Source: Prasinococcaceae sp. CCMP 1430
Taxonomy: Eukaryota > Plantae > Prasinodermophyta
Length of the DNA: 64,000 nt
Assembly (NCBI GenBank): GCA_013416795.1
Contig: RQSC01001240.1
Coordinates: 7,356 to 71,355, forward strand
Direction of reading: 5' to 3'
Made by a program: the position numbers and the translations under genes. This document shows, piece after piece, positions 56,859-64,000 of this stretch. Each line of letters begins with the position of its first letter. The first letter of the stretch is position 1. The notes below the pieces were generated by a model that saw only the letters and a program-made list of their open reading frames with translations, made no database searches and was not told the DNA's origin.

Positions 56859-58577
56859 TCACTTGGTCGCAAGCTTTGCCTTCAGCTCGTCGCGCAGCTT
56901 CGTCGTGGCGAGGTTCGCCTTGATCCCGTTGGCCTTGGCGAGCGCCTGCAGTTCCTTCCGGTCCATCGAGTCAAGGTCCGCCGGGCCAGGTCCATCCTCG
57001 GCCTCGACCGCAGCGGCCTCGCCGCCAGCACGCGCGTCGGCCATGTCGGTATCTGCAGCTGCGCCGGCTGTGGCGTCCTCGGCACCGTCGGTGCCGGGCG
57101 GCACGGCCTCAGCGACCTGTGGCGCATCGTCTTCGCCGGGGGCGACATCCTGACCATCGCCACCGCCAGCAGCCCCGGCATCGGCGTCGGCGTCGGTGGC
57201 TGGTTCCTGCCCCTGCGCCTCCGTGCCGGCTCCCTCCCCAGCGTCCACACCCTCGCCAGTTCGTGCAATCTCCCCTTCCTCCGCGGCGTTGTCATCTTCT
57301 CCGGCATTCTTGCCGGCCTCGTCGGGCTCCGCAGTCTCGCCTTCGACTGGCAGGCCTGCCTTGATGCGCACCTGCCTCTCGGTGAGCACCTCGACCTCGA
57401 TGGCGTCCGAGGGATCCCTCGCGCGCTTCAGCCTCGCCATCTCGAGCAGCCTGTGCGGGTGGTGGAAGTCCGATCCCGGCGGCGGTAGGCGAATGCGCAT
57501 GGGGAAGACGAGCTCCTGCGGGAAAAAGGGGTCGTGCAGCCCAGTCGCACGATTGTTGTTGTCGGCGGGGATCTCGTGCATGAGGCTCTTTTGCAGCTTC
57601 ACCTGGCGGTGCTTGGCAGTGTAGCGCTTCCAGCTGTCCTCGCTGAAGTTGTAGTTGAAATAGTCGCTCACATCGGCTCCCAACCGCCGCCACGGCTTGT
57701 CCTCAAGCGCATCGATGTCAACCTCGAATACATTCTTGTACTGCACGTACGCAGGAACGGGCCCGCGACGCGGGCGCTGTGGAAGGGCGCCACGGTCACC
57801 GTATCCCCCTCCGCGCCCGCCGTATCCTCCCTCATCCCTCGGCGCATATCTATTCTGCTGCTGCTGCTGCTGCTGCGGCTGCGCGGCCGCGCTGTCGAAG
57901 CCCGCGAAAGGCACGCCGCCGCCAGCGCCGCTCTGAGGCTGCGACTGCTGCGGTGGCTGCGATGCCGAGGGCGGCGCCGACGTTGCAAGCTCCGGCCGCA
58001 CGTAGCGATTCGCGCTCGGCGCATAGCTGTAGTCCGCACGCTGTGCCGAGCCCTGCGGCGTGACCGCCGCGCCGGCCGCGCCTGCACCCGCCGCTGCGGC
58101 CGCGCCCGCGGCGACTGTGGCGGGCGCCTTCGCGGTGGGGTCCCACGCTGCGTCGTTGGCGATATCATCTCCACCGAGCACGATCTTCATGCCATCGTCA
58201 TCGCTGTCGCTATCGCTGTCACCGCCGCCCGCGGGGGCTGCTTTCTCCTGCTGCTGCTCTGCCCAGCGCGTGACGCCTGCGTCGCCGAGGCCGGGGAGGT
58301 TGCCGCCGCCACCTTGGCCGTCTGCCCGTCGAGCGCCAGGCAAGTCAGCGCACGCGCACAGCCGCGCACAGCCGCGCACGCGGCGCTCGCGCGCTCAGCC
58401 TCGGACTCTCTGCGCTCACGTACCCAGGACAATTTTGAGCCCGTCGTCATCGCTGTCGCTATCTGAGTCGTCCTGCGCGCCCGCGCCTCCTGCGGCACCC
58501 GCCGCCGCGTTAGGGTTGCCCCCGGCGGCGGGCGCGGGCGCCTCGCCGTACAGGCTCGCAAAGAGGTCGTCATCGCC
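56859..58577 (-). CDS. FIP1: FIP1 (pre-mRNA 3'-end processing factor) with C-terminal SAP/HeH-like motif; intron ~58422-58323; start exon unresolved
   Basis: DDDLFASLYG; DSDSDSDDDG.KIVL; Fip1 motif FEVDIDALEDKPWRRLGADVSDYFNYNFSEDSWKRY; C-terminal LDSMDRKELQALAKANGIKANLATTKL. Confidence 0.9.
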
Positions 58578-58994
58578 CTGCGCGGCGCATGAGAGAGTGC
58601 GATGGCGCGAGCGATCGCACGTGTCAGCGGTCCGCATCGCTTTCGAGCGTGGCGCGAGTGGGCGCTGGAGCGCGGCTGCGATGACGACGTGGGTCGGAGG
58701 CGGCGAGGCGCCCGCGCGCGCCCATTTTCGTGCTGCTCGCGAGAGCGCCGCGCGGCGGGCGGCGCTGCGCGGCCAGGGGCAGGGGTGGCGCGTCCAGGCA
58801 CTCGCAGAGCCCTCCCCCGCCCTTCCGATGCGCTCCGCAAACCCCCCGTTTCCCCCGCGATCGCGCGCGCTGCAGGCCGCCGCCGCGCCCCGCCGCCGAT
58901 GCGCAGCGCACCTCCTCGCCCCCCTTGGGCTCGCCCGCGCCCGGGCCGCCACCGCCACACACACACTCACTCCCTCGCGCGCGCGCGTCGTAGG

Positions 58995-59195
58995 ATGCTG
59001 CTGAGAGGCACGTACGGCCCAATATGGCGCGAGAGTGTGCGCGTGCTCTTTCCGCTCGCCATGAATGTCTTCTTGTTCGGGATGACGGCGTACTTCATCA
59101 AAACCGACGCGCTGTCGCCAGAGAGTCTCTTCTACACTATCTCGGCCATGCTCGTCCTGGCGGGCACTGCGACGGCGCTTCTCCAGGGCGGCGTC
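58995..59195 (+). CDS. Membrane-protein fragment with two TM helices, ending at N 59196; may not belong to the dipeptidase
   Basis: VLFPLAMNVFLFGMTAYFI and LFYTISAMLVLAGTATALL. In frame with the dipeptidase only across the N. Confidence 0.4.
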
Positions 59196-59196
59196 N

Positions 59197-60725
59197 GGCC
59201 GTGGGCGGCCGGGGTGGACAGAAGGGGCCGGCGGCCCGCGCTGCCCATTGGCAGCCGCGCCGGTCTGATCGCGCGCATCGTGGTCGTGGTCGCCGGTGCA
59301 CTCGTCCACGTAGCGCTCAAGAGGCGCGGCGGAGGAGGGGACGACGCCGCGCGCGCTGGCGAGGCATTCGGCGTGGGCGGTGGCGAGGCGGCAGCGGTGC
59401 TGCTCTCGGCGCATCCGCTGGTCGATGCTCACGCAGACACCCCGTGGGCGTGGCGCACCAAGGGAAGGCCTGCAGCTGACTTTGGAAAGCGCGGAGCGCA
59501 TGCGGGGACGCACGCTGACGTGCCCAGGTTGCGAGCAGGCGGCGTCGCGGGCGTCGTGTGGGCGGCGTACGTGGAGTGCGAGGGCGTTGACGAGGGCGAC
59601 GGGGCGCGCGCCGAGGCGGCGCTCACGCTGGCCTATGGGCTGCGCCTCGTCGCAGAGCACGCTCCCGCGCTGCGCCTCGCGACGTCCGCTGCGGATGTGC
59701 GCGCCGCGCACGCCGAGCGCGCGGCCGCCGTGGTGCTGGGCCTCGAGGGCGCGCACACGCTCGGCGGCGGCGGGGCGCGCGCGCTCGCCGACTTCGTCGC
59801 CCTGGGTGTGCGCGTGCTCACGCTGGCGCACAACTGCCACACCTCGCTCGCCGAGAGCTGCTGCGATGCGGGCGGAGGTGGTGGTGGCGGCGGAGGTGGT
59901 GGGCGCGGCGGCGGCTATGGCGGCGGCGAGTCCGAACGCGCGGCCGGCTGGGGCCTCACCGCCGAGGGGCTGGAGGTCGTTCGCGCGGCCAACGCGCTCG
60001 GCGTGTTGTTGGACCTTTCGCACACCTCGGACGCAACGGCGAAGGCCGTCCTTGAGGCGAGCAGGGCGCCCGTGGCGTGGACCCACTCGAACGCTCGCGC
60101 GCTCGCCGAGCACCCGCGCAATGTGCCGGACGAGCTGCTCGACAGGATCAAAGAGAATGGTGCGCGCCGCGCCTGCCAAGGCGCTTGCCGATGCGCGCCA
60201 CGTCGCGCCGCGCGAGCCGTTCGGGAAGAGCGCGCGTGCGCCGGCGCCCGTGAACTCGACGACCGATCGCTGACCTGGCCCCCCGCACGCCCCCGCGCCT
60301 GCCCCCGTGCGCGTGCGCTCGCGCACCCCGCGCGCGCGGTCTCCGCGCGCGCGTGCGCAGGCGGCATCGTGATGGCGACTTTCGTGCCGTCCTTCCTCGA
60401 GGATGGAGTTCGGCGAGCTACCGACCACGGTGTGCCGATGGCACGCGTGGCCGACCACGTCGAGTACCTCGCCGAGCGCGTGGGCGCGCGTCACGTGGGT
60501 CTCGGCTCAGACTTCGACGGCATAGCCTTCGCGCCCGACGGCCTCGGCGACGCGGCGGCGATGCCCGCGCTCGTCGCCGAGCTCCTCAGACGCGAGAGCC
60601 TCACCGAGGACGACGTCGCCGGCATCGTCGGCGGCAACTTCCTTCGCGTGCTAGAGGGCGTCGAGGCGGCAGCGGACGGAGCAGGCGCGGCAGCGGCGAA
60701 CGCCTCGGAGCGCGACGAGCTCTGA
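59197..60725 (+). CDS. Membrane dipeptidase (peptidase M19, renal dipeptidase family); intron ~60161-60360
   Basis: VDAHADTP, LGLEGAH, GVRVLTLAHN, GLT..G..VV...N.LG.LLDLSH, THSN.R....HPRNVPD, DH...HVGLGSDFDG, GGNFLRV. Confidence 0.92.
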
Positions 60726-61073
60726 GCGGCGCGAGCGGGTCGCGTGGCCCACTGCCTTGTGCCGTCGGGTGCGCGTTACTAAGAACTACCTTATTACAGT
60801 ACATTGTTATGACATGTCTCATGGCAGCGAGCGATGCTCGTGCACGCTTGCTGCTCGCTCTGACGGGGGCCCGCCCGTGCTGCGCCGCCCGCCGCTGCCG
60901 TGCGCGGCCGCGGCGCGCGCAGACGGATGGGTGGGTGGGTGGGCTGTCACGATGAGTGGTGCCGAGGGCCTGGAGGGGCGAGTCGAGCACGGTGCGAGGG
61001 CCGATGTCGCCGGTCGAGGAAAGGGGCGCGCGGACTCATCTCCGCATCGGGGTCCCGCCGGCGGTGCCGCGTG

Positions 61074-61369
61074 TCATTGCGCCCCGTGCGCGCACATCGC
61101 GCCGCTGTCGAGCAGCCCCTTCGCCGCGCCGAGCGCCTCGAGTATCCACTGCCGCTCGCACACCTGCAGCGCCTCGTCGAGGCTGTGCCACGACCGCGAG
61201 CGCGCCCCCTTCTCGGGCCACTCCCCGGCCTCCTCCGAGACGCACATGAGGTGCATGTAGACGCGCGTCGCCTTGGGCGCGCCCGCGCCTATCCCCCCGT
61301 CGCCGCTCTCGCTGCCGCCTCCGCCGCCGGCGCAACTGGCGCCGGCGGCACCGCCGCAGCAGCCGCCGC
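61074..61369 (-). CDS. C-terminal fragment of a NUDIX hydrolase (DIPP/NUDT3-type)
   Basis: YMHLMCVSEEAGEWPEKGARSRSWHSLDEALQVC..QW..EAL matches the DIPP C-terminus (WPE...R.R.W....EA). The Nudix box would lie in or beyond the gap. Confidence 0.7.
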
Positions 61370-61401
61370 NNNNNNNNNNNNNNNNNNNNNNNNNNNNNNN
61401 N

Positions 61402-61505
61402 GGCGGCCGGAAATTCCGGAACATGACCGCATAGCACTCGCCAGCCTGTTCGAAGCCATCGACCGGCTGGATCCGACATTGGGGCAGGAGCAAGTATGAA
61501 CGACG
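61402..61505 (+). other. Bacterial-looking operon-junction fragment at the gap edge
   Basis: ORF end EIPEHDRIALASLFEAIDRLDPTLGQEQV*, with AGGAG 5 nt before an overlapping ATGA stop/start. GC is lower than the flanks. Confidence 0.55.
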
Positions 61506-62420
61506 CCGCCGCGACGGCCGCGCCGCCGCGCGTGGCCAGCGCCACCTCGCCGGCGACTGGCACGACCGCTGGCGCGCGCACCCGGCGCGCCGCGAACTCG
61601 ATCGCTCGCTGGCGCTTTCTCCTCTCGTAGAGCTCGGCCTCGGCGGCGGTGAGCACGCCGCTGGCCTTGTACTCCTTGAGACGAGCGATGCGCGCGCGGA
61701 TGCGATGCTCGGCGGCCATCGCGGCGCTCAGGTCGGCAAGCTCGTCGCTGCTCAGATAGCGAGCGTATGGTCGCGCCGCGGCAGCCGCCGCGCGCTCCCC
61801 GGGGGACAGCCGCCGCTCTCGCGCCACGGCCGACGCGAGATCGAGCAGCCCGCGCTCCCTCAGGAAGGCCTTGCGCCGCGCCACCTCGCCCACGCCAACC
61901 GCCTGCGCCGCCAGCACGCGCTGCTCGAGCGCGCGGTGGTCAGCGCTGCTGGTCCCCGCGCCCGCGGCGGAGGCGTCGTCGCCCTCGCCGTCCTCGCCGG
62001 GCACGTCCATGTCGGCGACGGCGGTTTCGGCGTACGTGTCCCACTCGGGATCGAACTCTTCGCGTTTCGCATGGTACGTGGTGAGCGCCTGCAGGCTTCG
62101 GGCGCTGCTCGCGCCCGCGCCGCCGTTGGCGTCGCGCCGCGCCGCGTCGCCGCCGCTTTGGCGCCCGCTGCGGTCGCTGCCGCCGCTCCGGTTCCGTCCT
62201 CGTCGCCGCGAGTCATCGCGTCTGCGCGCGCCGTCCTTGCCACCCTGCTGCGACTGCGCCTCTGCGCCCCCAGCGCCAACCGGGGCGCCCTCGCCCGCGC
62301 CGACCGCCTCTCCCGGCTGGCCGCCCTCGAGCTTCACCCGCTTGACGTCCGGCCCCGCCTCCACCGCCGCCGCCTTCGCCGGCGGCGCCGCGGGGACCGC
62401 GACCGAGACCGCAGAAAAAA
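61505..62420 (-). CDS. ADA2: Central fragment of transcriptional adapter ADA2 (ZZ/SANT and SWIRM parts not present)
   Basis: YHAKREEFDPEWDTYAE..VADM, RRKAFLRERGLL, RPYARYLS, EHRIRARIARLKEYKASGV....EAELYE..KR match the ADA2b middle region. Confidence 0.85.
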
Positions 62421-62499
62421 AACGCCATGCGATTTGATGGCGCAGCACCGCGCGCACTCGATGGAAGCATGGTTGTGCCCCGTTTCGTTGCGTGGTTTG

Positions 62500-63320
62500 C
62501 GCCGCGCACATGTGCGCGCGACACACCCCATCGGATCGGATGGCGGGTCCGAATCGTCGTTGATTTTTGTCGGTTTGCATTTCGCCGCGCACGTGCGCGC
62601 GACACACCCCATCGGATCGGATGGCGCGTCTGAATCGTCGTTGATTTTTGTCGGTTTGCGTTTCGCCGCGCACGTGCGCGCGACACACCCCGTCGGATCG
62701 GATGGCGGGTCCGAATCGTCGTTGATTTTTGTCGGTTTGCATTTCGCCGCGCACGTGCGCGCGACACACCCCATCGGATCGGATGGCGCGTCTGAATCGT
62801 CGTTGATTTTTGTCGGTTTGCGTTTCGCCGCGCACGTGCGCGCGACACACCCCATCGGATCGGATGGCGCGTCTGAATCGTCGTTGATTTTTGTCGGTTT
62901 GCATTTCGCCGCGCACGTGCGCGCGACACACCCCATCGGATCGGATGGCGCGTCTGAATCGTCGTTGATTTTTGTCGGTTTGCGTTTCGCCGCGCACGTG
63001 CGCGCGACACACCCCGTCGGATCGGATGGCGCGTCTGAATCGTCGTTGATTTTTGTCGGTTTGCGTTTCGCCGCGCACGTGCGCGCGACACACCCCATCG
63101 GATCGGATGGCGGGTCCGAATCGTCGTTGATTTTTGTCGGTTTGCGTTTCGCCGCGCACGTGCGCGCGACACACCCCATCGGATCGGATGGCGGGTCCGA
63201 ATCGTCGTTGATTTTTGTCGGTTTGCGTTTCGCCGCGCACGTGCGCGCGACACACCCCGTCGGATCGGATGTCGCGTCTGAATCGTCGTGGCTTTTTGGT
63301 TTGCGTTTGGCGTGCGCCGC
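62500..63320. repeat. 81-bp tandem satellite, about 10 copies
   Basis: Units start at 62521, 62602, 62683, 62764, 62845, 62926, 63007, 63088, 63169 and 63250 (last degenerate). They differ at a few recurring variable sites. Confidence 0.97.
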
Positions 63321-63329
63321 GCAGGTCTC

Positions 63330-63480
63330 CTTTTTCTGTTTGCTTTTTTTCTTTTTCTTTTTCTTTTTCTTTTTCTTTTTTCTTTTTTCTTTTTTCTTTT
63401 TCTTTTTTCGCAACCAACCAACCGCGCAGCCGACGACCCCCTCGAGCCGCGGGGGGGGGGGGGGGGGGGGGGGGGAAGAA
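63330..63480. repeat. T-rich (TTTTTC)n tract followed by poly-G run
   Basis: Low-complexity pyrimidine tract ~63330-63410; G run ~63451-63475. Confidence 0.9.
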
Positions 63481-64000
63481 CCTGGATCTTGATCTCCAGC
63501 ACGCACGCACCACACCCACGGACGGTGGTCGTCACGGGCCTGGACGGCGGAACTTGATTGACCTTGATTGACCTTGATTGGGGTGTGCGAGCGCCGACGG
63601 GGCACGGCGCGAGCGCGCGCCCCCTCGCTCGCCTCCCTCCCTCCTCCCTCCCTCCCTCCCTTTGCTTGTTGGATCCATCCATCGATCGATGGGCCGCTCC
63701 CTCGCTCTGGTTGGTCGGTCGGTTGGGTCGGTCGGTCGGTCGGTTTGCCCATCGATCGATCGCTCCAACCGACCGAGCGCATCGCGTCGCATCCGCGTTT
63801 GTCGTTGCGTTGGCGCGTTCCCCTTCCGCCCGCCGTTCCCCGAGCGACCGACCACACCGAAAGCCAGGCAAACAGGCAGAGAGAGCCGCCAACCCAAAAG
63901 CAAAAGAGAGTGTGCATGCTGGGGCCGGCCGGCAGGCTGGCTGGCTGGAGGCGCGGCGTCTGGCTGGCTGGCCGGCCGGCGGGCGAGCGGGCGGGCCATC

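Noticed and set aside
62500-63320. CRISPR array
   Set aside because: Units are contiguous with no unique spacers, there are no cas genes, and the context is eukaryotic.
61036-63917. Long repeat-containing ORFs (827, 595, 559, 527 aa) over the 81-bp array
   Set aside because: The unit length is a multiple of 3 with few stops, so several frames are open trivially. They also read through poly-T and poly-G tracts.

Overview
Gene-dense window of a very GC-rich, intron-containing eukaryotic nuclear genome. Short GT-AG introns with CG-rich bodies and TGTAA motifs in 3' ends suggest a unicellular alga, plausibly green-lineage; the taxon cannot be fixed from sequence alone. About 25 genes or gene fragments are supported: EF-hand NADPH oxidase, DM15/LARP1-like protein, DEDDy 3'-5' exonuclease, O-fucosyltransferase-like, ABCB half transporter, Mre11/SbcD-Rad50/SbcC fusion, GT-B glycosyltransferase-like, TULIP+thioredoxin-like protein, ABC1 kinase, H-NOX hybrid histidine kinase, ankyrin-RING, GT31, GEX1, MscS, RING-PHD, TTL-like ligase, Ariadne RBR E3, NSUN2 fragment, WDR91, FIP1, M19 dipeptidase, NUDIX fragment and ADA2 fragment. 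Two candidates for undescribed biology stand out. (1) An intronless 1049-aa protein joins the complete soluble-guanylate-cyclase sensor module (H-NOX + HNOBA/PAS) to a hybrid His kinase and receiver instead of a cyclase (27972-31121). (2) A 3.8-kb nest of an RLE-type (CRE/SLACS-like) non-LTR retrotransposon that has repeatedly inserted into itself, with readable TSDs, a (GCA)n tail rather than poly(A), and an HPD J-domain in its ORF (39011-42832). The window also has an 81-bp satellite, a CA microsatellite, two bacterial-looking fragments and several abrupt gene-fragment junctions, some beside single Ns. These indicate that parts of the assembly are chimeric, so fusions and deletions need read-level checks. 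No rRNA, tRNA or CRISPR array was recognised. All family assignments are from motif recognition, not database searches.
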